DNA of 64,000 bases from Octopus vulgaris (Eukaryota), in the NCBI GenBank assembly GCA_951406725.2, contig OX597814.1:147560001-147624000 (forward strand), written 5' to 3'. The position numbers were made by a program, and so were the translations under genes. Under the pieces are notes generated by a model, which had not been told where the DNA came from, searched no databases, and was given only the letters and a program-made list of their open reading frames with translations. This document shows positions 27,099 to 40,692 of the stretch, piece by piece; the stretch's first letter is position 1; each line of letters begins with the position of its first letter.

Positions 27099-27686
27099 GT
27101 GGTGAGCGTGTGCATGTGTGTATGTGTGCCTGTATGTTATATACTTATATATGAAAAAGTATATACCTATGTATCTATGTATATGTGACTGTGTGTTTGG
27201 TGATGTGAATATGTGTGTGAGTGTCTGCCTCATTAAATACATGGGTGTGTCCAAGTTTTGTCAGTTATTCTGCTTTCAACTTTTCGCCTTTACTTATTAA
27301 TTTTTTACAGTTTCGAACAAAAATGTTCCTAAATCCATATTCAACTTTTTCAGTACCACATGGTCTCATTTTCAAGAAGTGTTTCTTATAGAGTGCTTTA
27401 ATTCAAGGGGAATTTTCCGCTAAAGTCATTTTCGCATTAGCTTTATACGTCAGTAGTCACGTGTTGATTGGTTTGTTTCGCTCAATTTTTTTTTACCGTT
27501 AGAGTTCATATCAGAACATACGTGTTTATTTTTTTGATGCGTGTTAGCGTATTAATATTAGAAACAAAAAATTTCAGCAGCTCTCAGGTAAAACTTAGAG
27601 CGTTTTTAGTCATCACCTTATGAGAGTGTCCTCTCTTTACTATGACATTACTGCCACGTTGCACCGAGTAATTTTAGCCCACTTTG

Positions 27687-27870
27687 TATTGGGTTGTCCG
27701 GAAAATTAGTGCATATATTTAAAGGAAACTAAAAGGTCAACAAATACTTGCCATTACATTTTTAAACAACCAAATATGAAACATTTTGTTGCATAATGCC
27801 TCTCCATCTTTCCTTTAACTTGAAAATACCCTCTTCCCAGAATTGAGGTGGTTTCATGACAAAGAATTTA
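27687..27870 (-). mobile_element. mariner 3' end remnant
   Basis: TA followed by mariner-like TIR ttgggttgtccggaaa and decayed transposase C-terminal sequence on the minus strand. Confidence 0.5.
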
Positions 27871-28000
27871 TCAATTTAACTTTTTTTTTACCAGAATTGT
27901 GCAGATTTCTTCGAGAGTTTATTTACCAACTAACTTGGTGGCCTCGTAGAGATTCTTACAGCTCTGAGAAATTTACGTTACATCAGAATCAAATTACGAA

Positions 28001-28432
<432 letters not shown>

Positions 28433-29569
28433 CAACAACAACTTCGAAAAATAGCTTAGGAATGAGAAGCCAGGTTCGAAATTTCCTAAAAGACACCTGA
28501 TGAAGGCTGGAGTGTGTAACAGACGAAAAGGAACAAAATAAGGACAAATATTCGTCAACTGTAAATAATGTAATTAATGTACAAATTACGAATATTTATT
28601 ATCGGCTTGAAACATTAACCAGAAAGCATCGTAGACAAGGCAAGCATCAAACAAGTAATTTTCACAAGCAACGTCAAAGTTGACTCAAATCTGTACCTCT
28701 ACACTGTCTGAAACAGTATAGAGGTACGTCACACTAACTGGACGTACATTTCAATAGGTCAGTTTTGTCGTATGATGCCATACTGTTTCTAGCAGAGAAA
28801 AACAATTGTGCATGAAATACTCAGTCAATCACATGCTGCTTTAATGAAGAAGTTGTTCTGTAGATTATGACCAAGGAATATTGGTTGTCGAAACCGACGA
28901 AAACCCACTTTATTTTTATAATGTAAATACCTTGGAAGCTTCTTTTATTATATAATATCTATGTGATGACTTATGGAAGATATCTAATATAAGATATATC
29001 AAAGATTGCAAATATCGCCTATCAGAAAACTTGCTTCTTTCTAATTAGAGATTTAAATCTCTTGCCTTGTCTTAACAAGATGTTAATACATTGTAAATTT
29101 AAATGTAATTATCTAAAGGCGATGCGTATATAAGTGTTTTAGTGACTAATATATGAAATAGTTACTAATAAGCGTCCTTTCCGTGAAACCGTGTTAATTT
29201 TTTATTTACTTGGAGCTTAAATCGAAAAGGCTAACAATATTGTGCGAACTTTGTGCGTTCGTGAAGAATCACCGACAGGATCAAATCCTCTTCTCCAAAG
29301 TAATTTCAGCACATTACAAGTTGTAAATCTGAGCACACCACGACCTAATTATTTGACAACTAAATTGAATAACACCCGCTGACAATCGGTTTAGATGAAA
29401 AAACAAAATAATCTTGTCTTATCAGCTCAACCACCAGTGCATCGAGGAATTTGCACTCGTTTGCATTTTACAGATAGAAGCAGAAGTAAACTCTTTAAGA
29501 TTCAATTTTGTTTTACAGTTGCTTCGTTTTACTAACTGATATATACGTGGAAGGAAAGTGTGTAGCGTG

Positions 29570-30280
29570 TGATTGTCGCAATGACTATTGCAGAGAAAAT
29601 TGGGCAGAGAACCTACATCAAATTTTGCCATAAGCTTGGTAATACCTACTCAGAAGACTACGCAAAGTTTTCAAAGAGGTTACATCGTTCTCGACACAAT
29701 CAAGGAGATCTTGTGCAACTGAAACCAGAGTGTTATTTTGGTCAACTGAGTGCAGTTTTCGCGCAAACTTGGCAGACACGTGCCTCATACTCAAATCTTC
29801 GCTTTTAATGGACTGAACGGAACCGTAACTAATCTGCACATCCTTTGATAACTCACAGATGGTGATTCGACGTCTTCCCCTCACAGCTGCTCGCACATCT
29901 GTGATGTTTTTCTCAGTTCTGCTGATTGCGGGTCGCCCAGAACCCTCAGCAATATCGACATTTTTCGGCGATCTTGGAAACGTCTGAAACACTTGTACAC
30001 TTCTAAGAATTTCATACACTCCTCTCCATACACTTTCTGCAACTTTGCGTAGGCCTCTGAGCAGGTATCACCATGACAACTTTCTCTGCCACGTTCACTA
30101 CGACGTTCACCCGTTACACATCTTCCTTCCAAGCGCTGCTGTAAACAGCGGAAGTGAACTAGAACGCGAAAACGTAGTGCGCATGCACAACAGCGTTCAT
30201 GGTCACTCTGTGCCAAGCGGCTTTATTCTGCGTGCTTTAGCTTCGATACTATAGAAACAGTCTGATACGTATTGATCATA
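29570..30280 (-). mobile_element. mariner 5' half (HTH region) with a short inverted N-terminal copy at 29570-29670
   Basis: SEAYAKLQKVYGEEC, GSGRPAISRT, RRITICEL, ISYGSVQSI..DLSMRHVSAKFARKL on minus; QRTYIKFCHKLG on plus. Confidence 0.85.
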
Positions 30281-30516
30281 TATATATATATATATTATCC
30301 AAACATGAACAATGAGAAAACACAACAACGCGAGGACGTGGAACAAGTATAGTGTTATTGGACGCTCATGAAAGGAGAGAAAAGTAGGATTTAACGTTTC
30401 GTCAGAAACATAGAAAAAGGAAATTTCCAATGAAGGGAAGACAGAGAATGAAAATCGCCAACGATAAACACGCGGTCACATATTGAATATATATATATAT
30501 ATGTATGTATATATAG

Positions 30517-31217
30517 TGACGTCTATTTACCATATAAATATGGCTAATCCCTAAGGGTAGATGCTATTGTAGTTTGCAGCCCCAGGAGGACACCTCCTCC
30601 AGCTGGCTATAGACACTCTTTTGTGTCCTATCAGTATTTGCAAAGGGAAGCCATCCTTCCCGTCTTCAACTTATGATACACACGAACTCCAGTTTCTGGG
30701 TATTGACCCGTCATCGGCGTGTGGCAATCACAGTTGTCGATGAGAAGCAGGTTCCCTTCACAAGTGCTTCACAGTAGCATCCACCCTTAGGGGTTAGCCA
30801 TATTTATATGGCAAATAGACGTCACGATGTGTTGTAGCTACTGTTTATAACTCGCTCTGAGATTTATTATTGCTTGTTTACACTTTTTCGATATCAGTGT
30901 CTATCGATACTGGAAAAAGGTTTAAGTATTTGTGAAGGGAACCTGCTTCTCATCAACAACTGTGATTGTCACACGTCGATAACGGGTCAATACTCAGAAA
31001 CTCGAGTCTGTGTGTATCATAAGTTGAAGACGGGAAGGATGGCTTCCCTTTGCAAATACTGATAGGGCACAGAAAGTGTGTCTATAGCCGGCTGGAGGAG
31101 GTGTCCTCCTAGGGCTAAAAACTACAGTAGCATCTACCCTTAGGGGTTAGCCATACTTATATGGCAAATAAACGTCACGATTTGTTGTAACTACTGTTTA
31201 TAACTCGCTCTGAGATC
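30517..31217. mobile_element. Non-coding PLE-type pseudo-LTR array: inverted copy plus partial tandem copy, two HHR motifs
   Basis: 30517-30763 is the reverse complement of about 30930-31178; 30770-30862 repeats 31124-31216; HHR motifs at 30679-30723 (-) and 30970-31014 (+); (TA)-rich flanks. Confidence 0.8.
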
Positions 31218-32868
31218 TTTTATATACATATATACATATATTTACATTTATAATCGGTAGCACAGAATGAGATTAGGTCAGCAAGGAAACTATTTGAGCA
31301 GGAAGTCTTTGATAGTGGACCAACAACGCACTTAGTTTACGGGACGTCTTCATTTGAATCTCCAGCCAATGAATCACGGACAATTTAATTCATTGTCCCA
31401 TCATTATATTCAGTAAAGATAATATTAGAAGAAAAATCGATTTATTTGATTAATTATCACATGATTATCACATCACAATGCTATTACAAATAGTCATTAA
31501 TTATCATATCAATGTCCACATAGTTTAATTCAAATAATGTACTTTGTTATTTCCATTATACCAAAGCTAATTCATGGATGGATTTGAAATTAAAGGGAAT
31601 TATCTAAACAGACTGACACACGAATTCTTTATGGTTTCTAACTGGAAAAATTCTTTCCATAATTTTATAACCCATTACAAACAACTCGTCTATAGAAATC
31701 ATTCGAAAAATTCGAAATTCATTTCTATGTGAAGGCAGATATAGTAAAACATAATACGTATTATGCGTTATCATGCAGCATAAATTTTAATAGCCAGCAG
31801 AAGTTGTAAGATAGCGGTTTGTGAAGGACTGTTGGCCCATCCAAGGTCGATAGTATTTTCTCCTCTATTCACTTCGTAGAAAGCAGGCAAGTATAAAAAA
31901 AAAACTACTGAAAACCTCGTACGTTTGTGGAAGGATTAATATAGCCGATAGTAAAACGTAACTGTTTACCATATGCCACCTTAACATTCCGAAAATTACA
32001 ATGTCCCACAATACCACGCTTGAAGATTTTCTGATAACGTATCAGAACAGCATGTGCCTTGTCAAAACGCTTTACATATTCTCTCGTGACTGCTTCGTCT
32101 TATATTTTTTTTCCTTCCGAATTTCTAGAGAATATACCAATAATGTAGTCGTGTAGTGGAAAGAGTAGTGGTGGTTGTGGTGGTGGTGATTTTTGTTATT
32201 GCAGCGGTGGTGGTGGTGGTGGTGTTGGATGTAGTGGTTGAGTGTATGCAATGGCGGTAGTGTTGTTCTTGCTGATGCTAAGACGGTGGCAGCGGTGGTA
32301 GTTTGGTTCATTTGGTGGTTGCTAGTTGTGGTGATGCTGGCGGTAGTGAGGGCTTCATGATGGAAGAGGGTAGTGGTTGTATTTTGGTAAAAGAAGTGGG
32401 GGTATAGATGATGTTGTTAGAGAAGAGGGGTCGTAATGCTTGTGATTTAGTGAATGCGGCGGTGCCAAGCAATGGCTGCTGCTGAAATGATGATGCCAGT
32501 GGATGAAGGTAGCTGAGTTGGTTTGTGAGATGTAATGACGATGAAGTAGTGGAGATAGGACGAATGCGAAGGCTGATGAATGTTAGGTGATGGGACGGTG
32601 GTAGTGGATTTAGAAAGAGTGACTGTTTGACTTACCCCGGAATTTCGCGGGAATGTAATAACAGCAGTTGTGGGGGTGGAAGTAGTACAGATGACGATGG
32701 AAGTGGATGTGGTCGTCAAGCTACTGATTCTAGCGAAGTTCGTTATTAGTTCTGATAGTGGAGTTGACGGTGGTGTTAGTGGTCGTGACGGTGATGACGG
32801 AGATAGTCTGTAGCCTGTAATAACTAGTCACAATAGGTTCGTACCAGTGATGATCATGACAGCTGCAA

Positions 32869-32938
<70 letters not shown>

Positions 32939-32965
32939 GGTGGTGGTGGTGGTGGTGGTGGTGTA

Positions 32966-33001
<36 letters not shown>

Positions 33002-33055
33002 ATAATGGTGGTGGTGGCAGTGGTGATGGTGGTGGTGGTAGTAGTGGTGGTGGTT

Positions 33056-33105
<50 letters not shown>

Positions 33106-33111
33106 GGTGTA

Positions 33112-33181
<70 letters not shown>

Positions 33182-33189
33182 TAGTAGTG

Positions 33190-33229
<40 letters not shown>
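32869..33229. repeat. (TAG)n/(TGG)n compound microsatellite
   Basis: Direct observation. Confidence 0.95.
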
Positions 33230-33553
33230 GGAGAAGGGCTGGTGATGGTGGTGGCGCCGGCCGCAGCGGTGGTACAAGTTATGATTCAAATTAATGTATA
33301 AACTCATACATGTATAAAACATACACCTGTCTTCCTACTATAAAATGTTCACTATATTCTTCAAGAAAGTTGGAGGTTGTTATTTGTCTGCTTGCTTGTT
33401 GTCTTTTATGCTCACACACAACGGTAATATATATTCCCTCATTCTTTTTCATATACAAACCCCATTAATTGTATGCATGCATCCACAACTGACACACAAC
33501 ATTCACTCATACATATAAACACAGAGAAAAGCAAATACTAATGTGTGCGCATT

Positions 33554-33604
<51 letters not shown>

Positions 33605-34056
33605 CTGTTTTTATATATGTATAGGGGATGTGTTATGTTTGCGTATGTAGTTATGTGATGATATTACTATATATATTTACATATATTGTAGCAACCGAAT
33701 ATGTAAGACATTAAAAATATATAGACATACAAAAGCTTTAGTCGTCTGTATGTACGTATATAAGTACCTATATTAATCTATCTAGCTATCTTTGTCTCAC
33801 CCTCTCCATCACTCTATGTGTGTGTGTGTGTGTGAGTGTGTGAAGAAAGAGAGAGGCGGAGGGAGGGAGAGAGACAGATTCATAATTATAGCTAAAACTT
33901 AGAGATACTTCAAAATAGAAAGTGACTTCTAAAACAAGTACTTAATATCTCAGGATAGATTCGTGTATATGCATAATTGCTTGTGAACACGTGATGATTT
34001 CGCCAGCAAGAAAGCACAGACTGCTGTATGATGATGGTTTTACGATTCGTATAGAG

Positions 34057-34246
34057 TAGTGCTCCGCAACCGGTATGCTGCGGCACACTGGTGTGCCACG
34101 AGAGAATGCTAGGTATGACACATTGTAACCTGAATATAATGTTTGTCCCCTTATACATTCAGTTATAATTTTTGTTCAGGTGTTCCGCCGAATTTTGAAA
34201 AGAATAAAACTGTGCCGCAAATGAATAAAATGGTTGCGGAGCACTG
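34057..34246. mobile_element. hAT (Charlie-like) MITE, 190 bp
   Basis: TIRs tagtgctccgcaacc / ggttgcggagcactg; flanking 8-mers gtatagag / atatagcg (6 of 8 match, decayed TSD); subterminal tgccgc/gcggca motifs. Confidence 0.8.
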
Positions 34247-34393
34247 ATATAGCGTATACATTAGAAAACGGAGTGTGCCGCGAAAGCTCTTCGAAAATGT
34301 GCCCCAGCATGGTTAAGGCTAAAATAGAACTCAGCCTGGAAGGATCCAAGCAGTAGTGTTAGCTAGAACTTTACATTCCTTGGGAGCATTCTA

Positions 34394-34605
34394 TTGGCTT
34401 CAAATTTGGCACAACGCCAGCAATTTAGAGGGAGGGCTACGTCGATTATATCGACTCCAGTGTGCAACTGGTACGATTTTGTCGAACCCGAAAAGATGAA
34501 TGGCAAAGTAGATCTCGGTGGAATTTGAAATGACAACGTCAGATCGGAGGAAATGCTGCTAAGCATTTTTCGCAGCGTACTAACGGTTTTGTCAGCTTGC
34601 CACCT
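34394..34605 (-). mobile_element. Degenerate SINE, same family as 3548-3757
   Basis: Reverse-complement similarity across head, body and tail. Confidence 0.7.
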
Positions 34606-34657
34606 ACATGGTGTGATTATATTGATGAGGCAATAATCGAACTGATGTTCTTTTATC

Positions 34658-35030
34658 TTTTACTCTTTCGAGTCATGAGACTGAGGCCATCCTGGGGCAC
34701 CACCTTGAGAAATTTTTAGTCCAATGAATCGACCACTGTACAAGGTGCCACGCCGTAGGAGTGAACCAGGAACAAAGGGGCTGTAAGTATGAGTTCCTTC
34801 CCGAGTCATATAGACACATAGGACTGGTTTCTCGGTTTCCGTGGCGTATGTAACCCCCACCTGGCTGGGACACCGGTCCATCGCAGGATTTTTGCCAGCT
34901 GAATGGACTAGAGCAACGTGAAATGAAGTGTTTTACTTAAGAACACAACGCATCACCCGGTCCAGGAATCGAAACCATAATCATACAATCATGATTCCAA
35001 CACCCTAACCACTAGTCTACGCGTCCCCAC
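34658..35030 (-). mobile_element. tRNA-derived SINE with the head of the 62274 family and the 3' tail of the 57298 family
   Basis: Minus strand: gtagactagtggttagg..ggtttcgattcc..cacttcatttcacgttgc..ctgcgatggacc, then ggtgccccaggatggcctcagtc..atgactcgaaagagtaaaag. Confidence 0.75.
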
Positions 35031-35614
35031 AACCATGAGGTTGGAGAACAAGCTACTCACCGTTCTGTCCCGCCTGCGCCTAGACAGCCACTCCTGCGTC
35101 CGTTTTCTATAAACGTTATTTTATGAAATTGAAATAGCATAAGACCATCCTGTAATCAAAGAATCTTAATTTGTCGTAAGAACACATTCAACCAACACAA
35201 AAATTGTGAGCTGAAAATGACCACATGACTCCCATAAAATTTACTTCTAAAAACCTCCCGTTATATGAAGGTCTGACTGAACCCAAACAATAACAAACCT
35301 CATTTACCAAACCATCCTTTCCTCTCCACCTACATACACTAAAACATATGCTCACTTCCTGTTCTTCTTCACCGCCGAATTTATAAGCATACCACACCTA
35401 TTTTTCATTTCTATTATTTCATCCTCCATATGAACACCTTAGCAAAACGCTATATATGAGTAGACCAAAAAATAAACATCTGTCAGATAAACACTGATAA
35501 GCCAGGATTATCATGATCTATTTTCATGATCTATAAGTGCATGTGTGTGTGTGTGTGTGCGTGTGTGTAGATACATAGACAGATACACACACACGTACGC
35601 GCACATACACATAT

Positions 35615-35674
<60 letters not shown>

Positions 35675-36083
35675 ATATAATAAACAGCGGTAGTGGGTTT
35701 AAAATAAATAATTACCGAGGTCGATTCGTTCAACTAATGTTCTTCAGTTCGGTACGCCAGCATAGATGTTGTCTAATGACTGATAAAAGATAATATTTAT
35801 ACATACATACATACATACATACATACATACATACATACATCTATACATACATACATACATACATACATACATACATACATACATACATACATACATACAC
35901 TATACATACATACATACATACATACATACATACATACATACATACTACATACATATATACATACGTACATACTTACATATGTACATACGTGAATGCATGT
36001 ATGTATGTATGTATGTATGTATGTATGTATGTATGTATGTATGTATGTATGTATGTATGTGTGTATGTATGTATGCATGTATG

Positions 36084-36306
36084 TACTCTTTACTCTTTTA
36101 CTCGTTTCAGTCATTTGACTGTGGCCATGCTGGAGCACCACCTTTTAGTCGAGCAAATCGACCCAAGGACTTATTCTTTGTAAGCCTAGTACTTATTCTA
36201 TTGGTCTCCTTTGTCGAACCGCTAAGTTACGGGGATGTAAACACACCAGCATTGGCTATCAAGCGACGTTGGGGGGACAGATACAGACACACAAACATAT
36301 ACACAT

Positions 36307-36359
<53 letters not shown>

Positions 36360-36524
36360 TACGACGGGCTTCTTTCAGTTTCCGTCTACCAAATCCACTC
36401 ACAAGGCTTTGGTTGGCCCGAGGCTATAGTAGAAGATACTTGCCCAAGGTGCCACGCAGTGGGACTGAACCCGGAACCATGTGGTTCGTAAGCAAGCTAC
36501 TTACCACACAGCCACTCCTATGCC
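36084..36524 (-). mobile_element. CORE-like tRNA SINE with internal (TA)n(TG)n
   Basis: Reverse complement of the 57298-57700 element. Confidence 0.9.
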
Positions 36525-36965
36525 TATGTATGTATGTATATATGTTTGGTGATTGCACCGTCTTCACATGATTGCTATCACCTTGTATTTCCCCTTTGTC
36601 TATGATGTTTCACGACTTACCATCCATGAAATCTCTGATGACTATTCAGTCCGTATGAAATTTGTGCACTTTCAACTAATTATGTCCTTACAATTCATCA
36701 CTCTTCTATCACCATATATCTTCCAGTAGATAAGATGAGATATGAGGTCACCGTAAAGGAGCATCTGTACATCATTGAACACGTATAGTGATATACGCTT
36801 GTACGACATGAGCAGTATTGAGTCTTGTGATTTATACCTAGTGACAATAAAACGACCAGTAATCACATGAAACCGCAGATTCTACTCCAGGCTGTCCCTT
36901 TTCCAGAAAGATGTTGACAATAACTAGGGTCTGTCAGTCCCTGTGGGTTTACTAAGCATCGTGGC

Positions 36966-37205
36966 AACAGCCAAGTATATTTGTGCCTCCTCTAGGGATA
37001 TCCTCGCTAGGGGTGCATCATGCCTAGTAGTTTTACTGCATGCCCTGATACCGACCGCAACAGGTACATTAGCAGAAAAAAGAAACAGCCAAGTGTATTT
37101 CTGCCTCCTCTATGGATATCATCGCTAGGGGTGCATCATGCCCAGTAGTTTTACTGCATGCCCTGACACCGACCGCAACAGGTACACTAGCAGAAAAAAG
37201 AAACA
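36966..37205. repeat. Tandem duplication of a 118-bp unit
   Basis: aacagccaagt...gcagaaaaaaga starting at 36966 and 37084, few substitutions. Confidence 0.9.
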
Positions 37206-37715
37206 TAGAGAGTTATACGTATACATATTAATATTGAAAAAAATATATATTACAAGAGGCTTAAAACTGATAGACAAGGCTACGTTTGAAAAAATGCAAT
37301 ATTTAAGTAACAATGTACATACAAGCAGAGAAAAAAACAAAACGAAATTAACAAAAAAGAAACAACAAATACAGACAAGGCCGGTCGGTGTATTCAAGAG
37401 AGTTACCTTACTCAAAATTTAACCCGGGGTAGGGGAGACAGTAAAAAAAGAATAGGAACAAAAACGAATGTATGAAGGAGAAAAATATATATTTACAAGT
37501 GATATAAAAAACCTATACACTTAACACATAAAGATATACAGTCTTACATATATGCAGACATACACACACTTACACACACATACATACACACATGCATACA
37601 CTCGCACATACACATACAAGGGTGCAAGTGTAAGGGAAGATACAAACAAGTAAAATAATACAATAAAGGAGTACGTATTCACATAAGACGTATATACATA
37701 CATATACACATGCAT

Positions 37716-37750
<35 letters not shown>

Positions 37751-37960
37751 GTTAATCCAAACAAGAAAACACACAAAAAAACAAAAAAAAACACAACAAC
37801 GCGAGGACGTGGAACAGATAAAGTATTATTGGACGCTCAGGAAAGAAGGGAGGAAGGAGGGTTTAGCGTTTCGAGCGGAGCTCTTCGTCGGAAACATAGA
37901 AGGAAAGATCCCGAGGAGGGAAGACAGTGGAAAAAAATCGCCAGTGGTACTCACGAGGTC
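37751..37960 (-). mobile_element. PLE pseudo-LTR-like fragment with minimal HHR variant at 37861-37895
   Basis: Minus strand: gttt-CCGACGA-a-gagc tcc gctc-GAAAC-GCT-aaac; shares acaacaacgcgaggacgtggaaca with the copy at about 30322. Confidence 0.65.
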
Positions 37961-38414
37961 ATATATATATACACACATATATATGTCTCGATTTATTACT
38001 ATTTCATTAAACATATCCGTTAGATTTTTATTTTTATGTTACAGTTTACTGCGCACATAGACTTGCATACACATTGATATGTCTTTCTTTTTCTCGTTTA
38101 CGGTATATTTATACCTATATCGAAATTTCTCGCATATATAAAAGTATATATAATATATAAAGTTTTACATACATATATATATATGTATGTATGTATGTAT
38201 GTATGGAGATTTGGTCATTTGCTGAAAAAATTGTGTTAAATATATTTCTAACTAAGCATCCAGTAATGTATTTGGGATGGCTAGAAATTTATGGATACAT
38301 TAAAAGTTCGTATTGAATTTATTATAGGGTAACCGGAGATATATATTACATCTTCAAACCACTTCATATATTGGAATAGCGTAGATTTTTGTAGATAAGT
38401 ATGTATATATATAT

Positions 38415-38772
38415 TCTTTTATTCTTATATTTGTTTCAGCCATTTAACCGTGGCCATGCTGGAGCAACAACTTTAGTCGAACAAATCTTTGAAAGCCTAG
38501 TACTTATTTTATCAATCCCTTTTGCCGAACCGCTAAGTTACAGTGATTTAAACACAATAACATCAGTTGTCAAGCGATGTTCGGGGGACAAACATATACA
38601 CACATTTATACGATGGGCTTCTTTCTGTTTCCGTCTACCAAATCCATTCACAAGGCTTTGGTCGGCCCGAGCCTATAGTACAAGACACTTGCCAAGTTGC
38701 TACGCAATGGGACTGAACGCGGAATCATGTGGTTGGTAAGGAAGCTACTTACCACACAGCCTCTTCTGCGCC
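38415..38772 (-). mobile_element. Older CORE-like tRNA SINE
   Basis: Diverged reverse complement of the 57298 family. Confidence 0.85.
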
Positions 38773-39159
38773 GATGTTTATGTAGATATATCACGTGATC
38801 ACGTGACCGACCAGACCATCAGATGTTGCTACACACCGCTGGTCACAATGCGTTCGCATTGTTTTAGCCTTCGAATGACGCCACCCCGCTGGCTAAGCGA
38901 GTAGGCCAATGTAGACATATATGCGCATATAAATATTCCATGTTCATGTACGCACGTGCGTATGTATGTAAGCATGTATGTATATATGCTTGTGTGTGTG
39001 CTTGCGTGTGTGTGTGCGTGCTTGTGTCTGTGTGCGCGTGCTTGTGTGTGTGTTCGTGCTTGTGCGTGTGTGCGTGTGTGTGTGTGTGTGTGTGTTAAGA
39101 AAGGGACAACAAAACCAAGGCTGTGTGAAATCTCTAAGACATTTATAAAGAGAAAATTA

Positions 39160-39207
39160 GTTTTACAGCTGCTTCAGGGATATGAGGGATATCCCTTCAT
39201 CAGAGAC
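39160..39207 (-). ncRNA. Minimal HHR (near-intact) in a PLE-type terminal repeat starting at about 39095
   Basis: gtct-CTGATGA-agggata tccctca tatccct-GAAGC-agct-GTA-aaac; same family as 47927-48170. Confidence 0.7.
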
Positions 39208-39446
39208 AATACGAGTGAGTTTTATTGAGAGAAATTTTAGAGCTCAATATAAGACGTTATTTTGGAGATATAAGAAGCAGAAAGGGAAATAAGAGAATGA
39301 AAATAGAAACCTATGTTGGACACATATAGTGTGAAACAAAGAGGAAAAAATAATACACTAATACCGAAGGTAGATTAATGTGTTTTATTATTAAAGCTGC
39401 AAAAAACATCAGGCAAATATTACAAAAAACTGCTTGTCTGAGAATC

Positions 39447-39492
39447 AAAACTATCCGACGAACGGGAACGTGAAACTCTGAGTACCAGATTT
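39447..39492 (+). ncRNA. Minimal HHR variant between 25-bp inverted repeats (39387-39412 / 39507-39531)
   Basis: aaaactat-CCGACGA-acg ggaa cgt-GAAAC-tctga-GTA-ccagattt; stem I decayed. Confidence 0.6.
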
Positions 39493-39532
39493 CTATGATA
39501 TTGATGTGATGTTTTTGCAGCTTTAATAATAA

Positions 39533-39568
<36 letters not shown>

Positions 39569-39624
39569 GAGAGAATGAGAGAGAGAGAGAGAGAGACAGA
39601 CAAATAGATAGACGGACAGATATT

Positions 39625-39709
<85 letters not shown>

Positions 39710-40692
39710 GGATGGTTATAGATATATATGTGCATATAAATGTATCTCTGTATGTATGTATGCATATATGTATGTATATATGTATGTGTGTATATATGTA
39801 TCTATGTATGCATGTACGTACGTATGTTTCTATGTATTTATTCAGGGCAGAAATTTGTAGTAAGATAATTAATCTTTTGAAAGCAATAAGTTCTATACAC
39901 ATACAATAAATATAAATTAAAGAATTTCTCGTGTCAGCCTGAGTTGCTCTTCATTATACATATTGTCCTTTGTGTGTTTTTCAAAATATGTTGTAAATTT
40001 CATTAAAATCGGTTCAAAATTTCAAAATAAATCAGATGCAAAATCTGCAGCTTTGTAAATAATAATGGGTGTTATTCATATAAAAATATCTAACACCACA
40101 TTTCACTAAATGATTGTATGGTGAATTTCCTGTATATTACTGGTATTAAATTTCTGTGAAGCCCAAGGTTTCTGGAAAAGGGAATTTTCGTGAGATAATA
40201 TTACAGAGTATAATTAAATGCAGTGTACGAGCCTTATTCTGTGGTTAAGAACTCTCTCTCTCCCCCACTATCTCTCATACTCACAGATACACATACACAC
40301 ACTTATATAGTTATGTATGTACATATTTATGCCATAATTAATTTATGTATGAAATGAAATAGATGACTAGTTTGAATAAAATTATAACAAAATCCTAAAA
40401 TTTAAACAAAATATACGTATCCTTTTATAAAACATTTCAAATGTTGTATCTAGTTTATATGTGAGTGGATATACCTTTTAAATACTTTAAATTTTTGAAA
40501 TTATATCACTGTTGTTGCCAAGATTTAATTGCCTCTGGAATTTAAGAAAACACTAATATGCGTTAGAGATAAACAATGAACTTGTGAATGATAAAAAATT
40601 AAATGACGTTCCTTTATAAGATGAATATTTCTGAGTATATCGCAAATTTGAATTCACACTAATTGCACGAAAGAATATTATGCAAACTGTTA

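Noticed and set aside
36570-36840. Minus-strand exon bounded by cactag and gtaagt
   Set aside because: All three frames contain stops between the two sites.
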